A DNA stretch of 64,000 nt from an uncultured Acidobacteriota bacterium (GTDB taxonomy: Bacteria > Acidobacteriota > UBA6911), in contig CAWHCF010000023.1 of the NCBI GenBank assembly GCA_963827655.1, forward strand, positions 416,001 to 480,000, given 5' to 3'. The notes under the pieces were generated by a model. That model made no database searches, was not told where the DNA came from, and was given only the letters and a program-made list of their open reading frames with translations. Shown here piece after piece: positions 40,716-49,344 of this stretch. Position 1 is the stretch's first letter. Each line of letters starts with the position of its first letter. Position numbers and translations under genes: made by a program.

Positions 40716-41791
40716 GGTTTGATCAGCCTCGCTCCGTAGTCGTTCGTCGGATCGCGATAGAACGTGTGGATGTGATCCGTGTCCGTACCGCGTCCCTGGG
40801 GCGCGTACTCGATCATCACGGTGGGTCCCTGGATGCGGAAATAGGCGCCGCTTCCGTTTGTCGTCGGGCCGCTCCAGGCAAAATAGGTGTCCTTCAGATT
40901 GGTCTTGATCTCGGCCATCTTGGCCCGAGACGCCTCTTCATGGAGGATTCCGACCCACTCGCTGACCAGATCGAGCAGCATCCCTTGCTGGCCGGCGCTG
41001 AATCCGGCGACCCGTATTCCTTCAGGCTGGATCACCTTGCCGTCCAGACCGGGGCCCAGAACCGTGTCGGCAACTTGATACTCGAGGATCGCCTGCTTCC
41101 GCTGCGGCGCATCCAGCGCATTGATGAGCGCGAAAGCCTTGTCGTTCTCGCCGCCGAGCGGGCGCACCGTCTCCCCGGTGAGCGTGTACTTGGCCGGTTG
41201 CGTGCCCGTGTGGCTCGGCGTCAGTACGTTGTCCTTGCCCACGACCGTGACGTTGATCGCCAGATGGTGGCCGCCGAATTGAATCATCCAGGGCTCGGTA
41301 ACGGATGGTGTGCCGAGAATAGCCAGGTAGTATTCCGCCCGCCCGAAACGAATTCGGCTCCCCGCCGCCCGTTTCGGCGCGCTCGCCGTCTCCAGGACCT
41401 CATCCGCAGTCACGATGTTCATGACCTTGCGGTAGCCGCCTGGGCTCAATGTCGCGGCGACGAGCGCGAGCGCCGCTTCCTGCTGGGAAGGCGTCAGATC
41501 GCCGAACTTGACGCCGCTGCGTTCCGTAGCGCCCGACTGCATGGTGACGCCAGTCGGGAGATTGGACCAGCGTGTCTTGAACTCAGTGGTGAGGCTGACG
41601 CTGGCTTTTGCTCGTTTCGCATCATCGAGTGCAGCCAGAAACGCCTGGGCAGCGGCGACGGCCCTGGCGGTCGGATCCTTCCCCGCCGGGGCGCGCGCTG
41701 CGCCGGCTTGCGGGGCGCCTCGCCCGGCAGAGTCGTTCACCAGCGGTAATACGAGGACGAGAAGCAAGGTCGCGCAAAGTCGTTTGTCCAT
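40712..41791 (-). CDS. DUF3500 family protein
   Basis: RWSNLP, LSPGGY, QFGGHHLAIN, FAWSG, YFRIQGP, HIHTFYRDPTNDYG. Confidence 0.88.
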   Translation of the reverse strand: MDKRLCATLLLVLVLPLVNDSAGRGAPQAGAARAPAGKDPTARAVAAAQAFLAALDDAKRAKASVSLTTEFKTRWSNLPTGVTMQSGATERSGVKFGDLTPSQQEAALALVAATLSPGGYRKVMNIVTADEVLETASAPKRAAGSRIRFGRAEYYLAILGTPSVTEPWMIQFGGHHLAINVTVVGKDNVLTPSHTGTQPAKYTLTGETVRPLGGENDKAFALINALDAPQRKQAILEYQVADTVLGPGLDGKVIQPEGIRVAGFSAGQQGMLLDLVSEWVGILHEEASRAKMAEIKTNLKDTYFAWSGPTTNGSGAYFRIQGPTVMIEYAPQGRGTDTDHIHTFYRDPTNDYGARLIKP

Positions 41792-41890
41792 GAGACCCTC
41801 ACCGTGAATTCAGCGGGCGGCGAATCCTGCAACAGTGCCGCCCTCGAATGTCAGCTTCAAAGGAAGCCCGCCCCTCCGTTATTGTGCTCG

Positions 41891-42292
41891 TCAAGGCTCT
41901 ATTATACGCAGCCCGGCAAAATAGTCCCGGTAATAGCCGCGGTCGCGGGCAAGCAGCCGGTCGCAGGTGACCAGTGCGTGAGCCCCGATCAGGAAATCAG
42001 CGACAACCCGGCGCGAGACCGCGCGACGGCGCCTGAGGTAGACCTGAAACATCGCACCCGCGAGCAAGCTACTTTCGCGGCTGGAGGGCTCGAACACGAT
42101 GTTCCAGTCATCGAGGAATTGCTCGAAGTCGTCGTTCGAGAACGCGGGCCTGATTTCAGCCAGCACGCACTCGCCGACGACGAGAGCGCCCTCGGAGGCG
42201 ACGCGACGCAGCGCGATCTCCGACGCGTCCGCACGTTTCGGATCGCCGACAACAACGTCGAGAATCACGCTTGAGTCAATCGCGGTCCGCAT
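41891..42292 (-). CDS. vapC: VapC PIN-domain toxin
   Basis: TAIDSSVILD, VLAEI, VADFLIGAHA, LLARDRGYY. Confidence 0.88.
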   Translation of the reverse strand: MRTAIDSSVILDVVVGDPKRADASEIALRRVASEGALVVGECVLAEIRPAFSNDDFEQFLDDWNIVFEPSSRESSLLAGAMFQVYLRRRRAVSRRVVADFLIGAHALVTCDRLLARDRGYYRDYFAGLRIIEP

Positions 42293-42509
42293 CACGGATC
42301 TTGTCGAGGTACCGATCGACGTTCACACCGCCGGGCAGGCGTCCTCGGCCGCGCCACTTTCGGAACGCGTCGCCCGCCTCAGTCTTGCGCGCAATCAGCT
42401 TCCCCTCTTCCGCCTCAAATTCGAGGGTGGTACCGGGACGGAGCCCGAGCCGATCGCGCAGACGCTTGGGAATCGTGACCTGTCCTTTCTCAGACACCAC
42501 ACTTTTCAT
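42276..42509 (-). CDS. AbrB/MazE/SpoVT-family antitoxin
   Basis: MKSVVSEKGQVTIPKRLRDRLGLRPG; overlaps the PIN gene. Confidence 0.9.
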   Translation of the reverse strand: MKSVVSEKGQVTIPKRLRDRLGLRPGTTLEFEAEEGKLIARKTEAGDAFRKWRGRGRLPGGVNVDRYLDKIRDADRD

Positions 42510-42544
42510 ACCATGATGGTAGGAATTCCTACCGAGAGAGTCAA
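42510..42544 (-). promoter_or_regulatory. Leaderless promoter with palindromic operator for the AbrB-PIN operon
   Basis: TTGACT-17 bp-TACCAT-6 nt-ATG; perfect 16-bp palindrome GGTAGGAATTCCTACC (42518-42533) overlaps the -10. Confidence 0.7.
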
Positions 42545-42639
42545 GGAAGTGTTTCTTCGTGTCTTTGTGTCGTGGTGGTTTGTTTCGCAGCCTTAACCAC
42601 AAAGACGCCAAGGCACGAAGAAACATCAAGACGCTTGGG

Positions 42640-43677
42640 TTAGTTTGCTTTCCGGACGAACGAGTTGTCGTAGGTCTTCTCCAGGTCGACCACCTCGGGA
42701 GTGATCCTGGGGTCGACCAGTTGAAGCGTCTTCAGCACGTTGGGCGGGCCCTCCGGCGGCATCAATCCATCCTGGCTGAACATGCCGAGGTTCGCCTTTA
42801 ACGAGGCCACGTACCGCTCCTTGCTCCCAGCCAGGAACGACTCGGGAACCTGCAAGGCGATCTCTTCCGCAGAGTGCGAATGAATGTATCTCAGGGTTTT
42901 GATGCCGGCTTTCGCGAGGGCCAGTACGGTATGGGGATTCTGCTTTATGAACTCGTCGCTGCTGTAAAACCCGCCGGCCGGCCAGATGCCGCCGAATACT
43001 TGCCTCGATCCTTCGGCCGTTCTCGTGTCATAGAGGGGGACAGCGATCCCGTCGTTTTCCATCTTGAATGCGATGGGATCGACCGTCACGCCCGCCCAAA
43101 CCCGCTCCTGCGCGATCGCGGCGATCATCGTGGTGGTGCCGGCTGCGACAACCGGGATTGCCTGGGGATCCAGGCCGTTCTGCTTGAGCAGATATTTCAC
43201 CATGGCGTCGGTGGACGAGCCGGGAGCGGTCACGCCGACAGGACGGCCGGCAAGATCTCTGATCGATCGCACCCGATCGACATGCTTCTTCCCTACCATC
43301 AGGACCATTCCCGGATAGCGATCGAACAGGATGAACATTTTCAGGAGTTTTCCCCTGACCTGAGTCCGGATCGTGTGTTCGTAGAATCCTGTGACCACGT
43401 CCACCGATCCTCCTGCCAGCGCGGCTAGCGCTTCCGACCCCCCCTTCAGATCGAAGATCTCAACCGTGAGACCGAGTTCCTTGAAGTATCCAAGCTGGTG
43501 GGCGAGAGTGAGCGGAAGGTAAATGAATTGTGACTGTCCACCCACTCCGATCTTGACCAGGGATTTTTCCAGAGTGCCGGAGGTGTCTTGAGGGCGAGAC
43601 GCGTCCCCGCAGGCGAAAGCCAGTAAAGACGCCAGCGCAGCCACGGCAATGCAAGATTTTGACAAGGTCGGACCCAT
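42640..43677 (-). CDS. NitT/TauT-family ABC transporter substrate-binding lipoprotein
   Basis: LAFAC lipobox; YLPLTLA, GFYEHTI, GVTAPGSST. Confidence 0.88.
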   Translation of the reverse strand: MGPTLSKSCIAVAALASLLAFACGDASRPQDTSGTLEKSLVKIGVGGQSQFIYLPLTLAHQLGYFKELGLTVEIFDLKGGSEALAALAGGSVDVVTGFYEHTIRTQVRGKLLKMFILFDRYPGMVLMVGKKHVDRVRSIRDLAGRPVGVTAPGSSTDAMVKYLLKQNGLDPQAIPVVAAGTTTMIAAIAQERVWAGVTVDPIAFKMENDGIAVPLYDTRTAEGSRQVFGGIWPAGGFYSSDEFIKQNPHTVLALAKAGIKTLRYIHSHSAEEIALQVPESFLAGSKERYVASLKANLGMFSQDGLMPPEGPPNVLKTLQLVDPRITPEVVDLEKTYDNSFVRKAN

Positions 43678-43678
43678 G

Positions 43679-43757
43679 CGATTGACGATTTACGATTGAC
43701 GATTGACAACTGCAATTCAATCGTCAATCGTCAATCGTCAATCGTCAATCGTCAATC
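43679..43757. repeat. Inverted pair of heptamer arrays (CGATTGA)n / (TCAATCG)n
   Basis: Arms 43679-43707 and 43717-43757 fill the whole intergenic gap inside the ABC operon. Confidence 0.9.
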
Positions 43758-44580
43758 ATGGGGCCAGGAGTTCGCCTGCCGCCGACGGCTTCCAGCGGAC
43801 CAAACGGCGCTCCAGCCAGGTGACGCCGGACTCGACCACAAGAACGACCGCGCACAGTATAACCATTCCGGCATACACGCCGGCTGAGTCGAAATTACCC
43901 TGCGCCTGGCCGATGACCCATCCCAGACCCTTTGCAGCCGCCAGGTATTCCCCAACCACAGCTCCCACCAGAGCAAAGCCGACTGAAGCATGCAGGCTCG
44001 AGAGGATCCAGGTCAGGGCGGAGGGAAACAGGACATGGCGCGCCAACTGAGCTTCGCTTGCGCCCAACATGCGCGCATTGTTGAGAAGGTTTCGATCGAC
44101 CTCGCGCACCCCTTGATACGCACTAAAGAAAACGATGAAAAAGACCAGCGAGAATCCAAGCGCAATTTTGGAGCTCTGGTCTATCCCGAGGACGAGGACG
44201 AAAATCGGCGCCAGGACAAGCCGGGGCAGAGCGTTCAGAATCTGGATATAGGGACTGAAAACTCGCGCCCAGAAGTTCGAGCGTCCGAGAAGGAAGCCTG
44301 CAGCTATTCCAAAAAAGGCGCCCAAGATAAAGCTTGCCGCCATCTCCTCCAGCGTGACGGCGATGTGCTGGTAGATGGTCCTTCCGCCAAGAAACGTGCC
44401 GCGCGGGTCGGCCAGCCATTGCCACACTCGCAAGAGAAACTCCGAGGGACGTGAGAAGAAAAATGTGTCGATCAAACCTTCGCGAGCGCCCGCTTCCCAG
44501 CCGGTAATAACGACAGCAAATATGGCGACCTGTATTGTCAGAACAAGGAGCCGCCTATCCGGCTTTCCGTGAGCGTTCAT
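43756..44580 (-). CDS. NitT/TauT-family ABC transporter permease
   Basis: FFFSRPS, NALPRLVLAP, NARMLGAS, GAVVGEY. Confidence 0.9.
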   Translation of the reverse strand: MNAHGKPDRRLLVLTIQVAIFAVVITGWEAGAREGLIDTFFFSRPSEFLLRVWQWLADPRGTFLGGRTIYQHIAVTLEEMAASFILGAFFGIAAGFLLGRSNFWARVFSPYIQILNALPRLVLAPIFVLVLGIDQSSKIALGFSLVFFIVFFSAYQGVREVDRNLLNNARMLGASEAQLARHVLFPSALTWILSSLHASVGFALVGAVVGEYLAAAKGLGWVIGQAQGNFDSAGVYAGMVILCAVVLVVESGVTWLERRLVRWKPSAAGELLAP

Positions 44581-45343
44581 AGCTCGCAATCACCTCCGCT
44601 CTTAAATCCAGCCAGAGTCGCTCGTGGATCCCGGCGAAGCCGGGGGTGAATCGAGCTTCGATTACGTTGCGGGGACGCGGCAGATCGACGACATAGTCAC
44701 CCTTCAATGTGGCTTCGGGACCGGCGGTGAACAGAATAATCCGGTCCGCGAGCGCGATCGCCTCCTCGAGGTCGTGAGTCACGAACAGCACGGTGGCTTC
44801 CAACTCCTGCCAGAGACCGAGCAGTTCGTTTTCCATCAGGGCGCGCGTCTGCACGTCGAGGGCGGAAAAGGGCTCGTCCATGAGCAACAGTGGAGGCCGG
44901 TTGATCAGCACCTGAGCCATCGCCCCACGCTTGCGCTGGCCTCCTGAGAGTTGATGAGGGTAGCGATGCTCAAATCCGGCCAAGCCCACCCGCTCGATCC
45001 AGATGCGCGCCTCTTCGAGCGACCGCGAGCGGGGCATTCCCCGGAGAAGGGGGCCCAACTGCACATTCCCGAGAACCGTCTTCCACGGGAGCAGCGCATC
45101 TTGCTGGAACATGTAACCAGCCTGACGATTGACCCCGGTCACGGGGCTGCCCAGAGTCTCGACTTTACCTGCAGCCGGCGACAACAGCCCGGCCACGACG
45201 TTAAGCAGGGACGATTTGCCACAACCCGTGGGACCAACGATAGCGGTGAACTGTCCCCGAGGGACGGAGAAACTGATCTCCCGGATAGCCCGGTATCTCC
45301 CGAACTGGACGCGGACGGCGTCGATTTCGACAGCAACAGTCAT
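44555..45343 (-). CDS. NitT/TauT-family ABC transporter ATPase
   Basis: GPTGCGKS, LSGGQ, LLMDEPF, VTHD. Confidence 0.93.
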   Translation of the reverse strand: MTVAVEIDAVRVQFGRYRAIREISFSVPRGQFTAIVGPTGCGKSSLLNVVAGLLSPAAGKVETLGSPVTGVNRQAGYMFQQDALLPWKTVLGNVQLGPLLRGMPRSRSLEEARIWIERVGLAGFEHRYPHQLSGGQRKRGAMAQVLINRPPLLLMDEPFSALDVQTRALMENELLGLWQELEATVLFVTHDLEEAIALADRIILFTAGPEATLKGDYVVDLPRPRNVIEARFTPGFAGIHERLWLDLRAEVIASYERSRKAG

Positions 45344-45404
45344 GGCAGAGGTACCTTGGAGCGCGGTCGCCTGCTACCGCCTTGCATTTGGCCAAGCTGG
45401 CATT

Positions 45405-45603
45405 CGCCCCAGGGGCGATGGAAATTGTCCCGAGGCGCGCCAACGCTAACCCCGGGCCGTGCAGAAAAAGTCCGACGCGTCCTGAAGGGCGCAGGAGCAT
45501 TGAGAGGGCAGCGTCCAGCGCCCCTCCGGGGCGCGTCTCTTTACGTGTAAACCGGGGCAGCGCTTCGCTTGCCCCGGTTGGTTCCGTCGCGCTTTCAGGG
45601 CGC
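45405..45603. repeat. Degenerate REP/REPIN-like nested-palindrome element
   Basis: CGTCCTGAAGGGCGC (45478-45492) pairs with GCGCTTTCAGGGCG (45589-45602), enclosing hairpins 45519-45533 and 45550-45579. Confidence 0.65.
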
Positions 45604-45646
45604 TCGTAGGTAATTTCGGCTTGCGCACTCAAACGCATTTCAGCTG

Positions 45647-46633
45647 TCAGTCGATTCTCTTCAACATCTGATCCATTACCCAGCTTGTTCGCGAGCCGGT
45701 GACGCCGGTGCTCGGGCACTTTCCTGTTCCGTTCAGCTCATCCACTATGGTTTGAATCAGAGGCTGCTGGATGTGTGGAGGGTTTTCCATCGCGAATTCC
45801 TCACGGCCGTTACCGGTCGTAAGGACCACAGGGCTGGAATCGAATGTCGCGAAGGTTATCTTCCCTTTCGCTCCCACGATTTCGGTGACATCGACTTGAT
45901 TGAAAGCCGTAAAACACCAGACTCCGATCCCCTGGACTCCGGATTCAAAGCGAAAATTTCCGCTGACGATGTCTTCGGCAGGATAGAGTTTTCCTTGATT
46001 CGAAGCGACTCCTCCGGCCTTCTCAATCGGGCCCAGAACGTACGCCAGGAAATCGAGCATGTGGGAGGCCAGATCCACGAATTTCCCGCCGCCGGAGATT
46101 TCGGGTGTCACGCGCCAGGGTAGGTTCTTGGGGTCGAGGTCCGCCTGGTCGGGCCGTTGATAGAGCGTCACGGTCACAAAGCGGACCTCACCGATTTCGC
46201 GCGCCTCGAGCAACTCTTTGATCCTCAAAAACCGCGGTAAGGTCCTTCGATAGTACGCGACAAACAACGGCACTGAGGCTGTCGCGCACGCCTCAATCAT
46301 GGCCCGGCACTCCTCGAAGGTCCGGGCCATCGGTTTTTCTACGTAAACCGGCTTGCGAGCGCGCGCCGCCCGGACCGTGTACTCCATATGTGAAGAGGGC
46401 GGAGTGGCGACATAGACGGCATCGACCTCGGGATCGTGAATCAGGTCTTCCGCATTGTCGAACCATTTGGGCACACCGTGGCGCAAGGCGTAGTCTTTAG
46501 CCTTTTCCGCATTCCGGCGCATTACGGCGACCAGTTTCGAGTTCCGCGCCTTTTGAAGCGCAGGCCCGCTCTTGACTTCAGTTACATCGCCGCACCCTAT
46601 GATTCCCCACCGTATTGTCTTCAACGGTTCCAT
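45647..46633 (-). CDS. Gfo/Idh/MocA-family oxidoreductase
   Basis: WGIIGCGDV, DAVYVATPP, VYVEKPM, DLASH; start set at ATG 46633. Confidence 0.92.
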   Translation of the reverse strand: MEPLKTIRWGIIGCGDVTEVKSGPALQKARNSKLVAVMRRNAEKAKDYALRHGVPKWFDNAEDLIHDPEVDAVYVATPPSSHMEYTVRAARARKPVYVEKPMARTFEECRAMIEACATASVPLFVAYYRRTLPRFLRIKELLEAREIGEVRFVTVTLYQRPDQADLDPKNLPWRVTPEISGGGKFVDLASHMLDFLAYVLGPIEKAGGVASNQGKLYPAEDIVSGNFRFESGVQGIGVWCFTAFNQVDVTEIVGAKGKITFATFDSSPVVLTTGNGREEFAMENPPHIQQPLIQTIVDELNGTGKCPSTGVTGSRTSWVMDQMLKRID

Positions 46634-46670
46634 TCTCCCTGGATTCCCTTCCGTCCCGGTGACCTGGCGG

Positions 46671-47492
46671 TCAGGCTTTTGAACTACCGCCCGGCGCCGG
46701 ACTCGAGTCAACAGGCGCGATGTCACCCATGTCCGGCTCGAGCTGAAGCATATCGGCGATTTTCGTGTAACTCGAGAACATCTGGGTCACACCGAGCACT
46801 TCCTGGATTCCTGACTCACCCACCCCGAGGCGGCGCATCTCGGCAAGATGAAATGACGTGCCAAAACCGGAACGCGTAGTCAGGGAAGCCGCAAAGGCAA
46901 GGGCCTCCTTGAAGCGGCGCGAGAGCTGGTTGTCGGTGAAAGCCCGGCGCACCGCGGCCCAGAAATCGGCCAGGTAACCGGCATCCTGCGCCAGAATTCG
47001 AAACACGGCCGGCACGTCGGGCCGGTCGTAGAAGCACCGAATCTCGGAATAGAGCGAATCGATCCTGGAGTCAGCATTACCTTCTTCAACCGGCGCAATC
47101 AAAGGGGCGCCGGCAATGGCCAGGCTGTCAGCAACCACGTTCAAGGCGTTCGTGATGCCAACCACGTAGGCGGCCTCGTACCAGGGGCCGTCCTTATTGA
47201 TTCCTTGCAGCTTCCCGGCTGCAGAGTGAGCCTTCACTCAATACTCGCAGGCGTTAATCCCGCTCACGGCGGCGGCGATCATTTCCTTCTCCGCGCGAGT
47301 GAACTCGCCCGGGGCCGCGGCGCGCTTCATCGCCCGGCCATGCGGGGCGCCGAACTCGGGGTCCCAGGCCATCACTCGACTCATTGCCGGCGGTTGTTTG
47401 AAATCGTAGTTGAACCAGCTCTTGGCCAGCTCGAACAGTTTCTGCGTTGCTTCGGGATACTCCGAAGCGTCTCTAATCCTGACTGTCGGCAT
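46671..47492 (-). CDS. Tandem AhpD/carboxymuconolactone-decarboxylase-like protein, probable selenoprotein (CxxU, UGA at 47238-47240)
   Basis: EKEMIAAAVSGINACEY*VKAH in one frame, matching the AhpD E..A..VS..N.CxxC..H motif; second CMD repeat LSRRFKEALAFA; hairpin 47206-47223 downstream of the UGA. Confidence 0.88.
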
Positions 47493-47594
47493 AGATTCCT
47501 CGCTGTTTGGCAAAAGATTCTTCGTGTCTTTGTGTCCTCGTGGTATCTGTCTCGCAGAACGAAGACACGAAGACGGCAAGAAATAGGGGCTGTG

Positions 47595-48134
47595 CTACTC
47601 GAAGAACTCTGAAACGCGACAGGAAAAGCCCGGGAGGACGGGCTCCCCGCTGAGGGTATCGCCAGATGAGAGCCGTTGAGTGTCGGTGAGAGAGCGGTAT
47701 ACGGTGACCGTTGCTTGAGCAGGGTCCACCACCCAGACCAGAGGAACTCCATTCTCGACGTACTCCCCGATCTTGTCGGCCATTTCTCGCATCCTGTCAT
47801 TCGGCGAAAGCACCTCGACTACAAGATCCGGGACAAGTTCGCCATACGACACGGGAGACTTCCCGCCTGGAAGCTTTTCTGTGCGCACGAATGTCACGTC
47901 GGGCGAACGAACGTTGTCGCTAGGAAGATGAATCCCAACATCCATACCGTAGACTTTACCGACCGCGTGCTTTCTTACAAAGTTACTCAGAAGTACGGCG
48001 ATGTTTACCGCCACTTCCGAGTGATACATTCCAGCCGGACTGGCAACGATTTCTCCATCAACCAGCTCATACTTGTAGCCGTCCTTGGGCATCTGAAGAA
48101 GATCGTCGACCGTTGCAGGCCCCTTTACTTTCAT
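47595..48134 (-). CDS. Uma2-family (DUF820) putative endonuclease
   Basis: YELVDGEI, RSPDVTFV, PDLVVEVLSP, GVPLVWVVDP, VLPGF. Confidence 0.92.
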   Translation of the reverse strand: MKVKGPATVDDLLQMPKDGYKYELVDGEIVASPAGMYHSEVAVNIAVLLSNFVRKHAVGKVYGMDVGIHLPSDNVRSPDVTFVRTEKLPGGKSPVSYGELVPDLVVEVLSPNDRMREMADKIGEYVENGVPLVWVVDPAQATVTVYRSLTDTQRLSSGDTLSGEPVLPGFSCRVSEFFE

Positions 48135-48215
48135 GGGTCAGGATTCTACAACAAAAACCAACCTCTGAGACACGAAGACTCGAAGAAACGCCAGGAAGCG
48201 AAGACGCGGTGGTTT

Positions 48216-49136
48216 CTAGCTCAGGTGGCGCTGCAAGAAGGCAAGCACTCGATCGAAGGCTTGCGCAACCGGAGGATCGTCGAGTTTCCTGTCGAAGCCA
48301 TGGCCTCCGTCGCGGATGGTAATCAATTCGTGTTCGACCCCGGCACGGGAGAGCTGTTCCGCCATGACCACCGATTGCTCGTAAGGCACATCGGTATCCT
48401 TGTCTCCATGAAGAAGCAATGTCGGCGGATAGTCTTTGGTCACGTTACGAACGGGACAGAGTCGATCGAACGCTTTGGGTTCAGTATCCGGATCGTGTCC
48501 TGCGACTTCCCTGGGCCAGAGCCCCTGTTGCCGGCAATAGAGATAGAAACGCCCGCGCTGGTTTGGGCCTTCGGTCCCTGAGATCACTCGACCGCCAACG
48601 GCGCCGTAGGCGTCCTCCTTCGAAACCTGGGGCTGCTTCGAGTAAAAAGGATCGGGGCGGCTGTACCATGCGCCGGCAATGTCGCCGTACCCATAGAAGG
48701 AAACCAGGGCCCGGGGCCGCGGGCGAAACAGGAATCCCGAGGCCAGGGTCAGGTAGCCGCCGGCGGAATGGCCTATCACCGCGACTCGATCCGGGTCGAT
48801 GCGAAAAAGGTCGGGGCCGCGCTGCCGCACCCAGCGATTGGCATCCTGGATGTCATCGAGGATTTCTTTCAGCTTCGTTTCCGGAGCCAGTCTATAGTCG
48901 ATGGAGACGACCGTATAACCGGCGTTGAGGTACCGATCCAGTTGAGCGCGATTGATGTTTTGACGATGCCCCATGATCAGGGCGCCGCCATGTATCCAGA
49001 TCAAGACCGGTGTCACGCCCTCGACCGGAGGACGGTAGACGTCCGCTTGAATACTGCAGTCTTGCACCTGCTTGAAAGTGAACGTTTGTTTGCTGAGGGG
49101 TGGGCTGGGAGACTGCAGTTTCTCCGAGCCGGGCAT
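48216..49136 (-). CDS. Alpha/beta hydrolase (esterase); Tat-like leader in frame upstream to 49199
   Basis: IHGGAL, DYRLAPE, GHSAGG, HGDKDTDVP, GGHGFD. Confidence 0.88.
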   Translation of the reverse strand: MPGSEKLQSPSPPLSKQTFTFKQVQDCSIQADVYRPPVEGVTPVLIWIHGGALIMGHRQNINRAQLDRYLNAGYTVVSIDYRLAPETKLKEILDDIQDANRWVRQRGPDLFRIDPDRVAVIGHSAGGYLTLASGFLFRPRPRALVSFYGYGDIAGAWYSRPDPFYSKQPQVSKEDAYGAVGGRVISGTEGPNQRGRFYLYCRQQGLWPREVAGHDPDTEPKAFDRLCPVRNVTKDYPPTLLLHGDKDTDVPYEQSVVMAEQLSRAGVEHELITIRDGGHGFDRKLDDPPVAQAFDRVLAFLQRHLS

Positions 49137-49195
49137 TGCAAAACCCGCTGTCCGCCAGGCGCCCAGCGCTATCGCCCAGAGAAAATCACGCCTCT

Positions 49196-49344
49196 CGATT
49201 GACGATTTACGATTGACGATTGACGATTGACTGATTGAACGCTCGCGTTACGTAAACCTCAGCTCGAGTGGAGATTAACGATTGAAACGCAGCGTTCCCA
49301 TTAACCTCGTCCAATCGTCAAATCGTCAATCGTAAATCGTCAAT
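49196..49344. repeat. Inverted pair of heptamer arrays around a ~70-bp spacer
   Basis: (CGATTGA)n at 49196-49239 and (CAATCGT)n at 49313-49344. Confidence 0.88.

Noticed and set aside
47595-48134. Uma2 plus TA genes as a defence island or prophage
   Set aside because: The genes are scattered among housekeeping loci; no integrase, phage structural genes or att sites were seen
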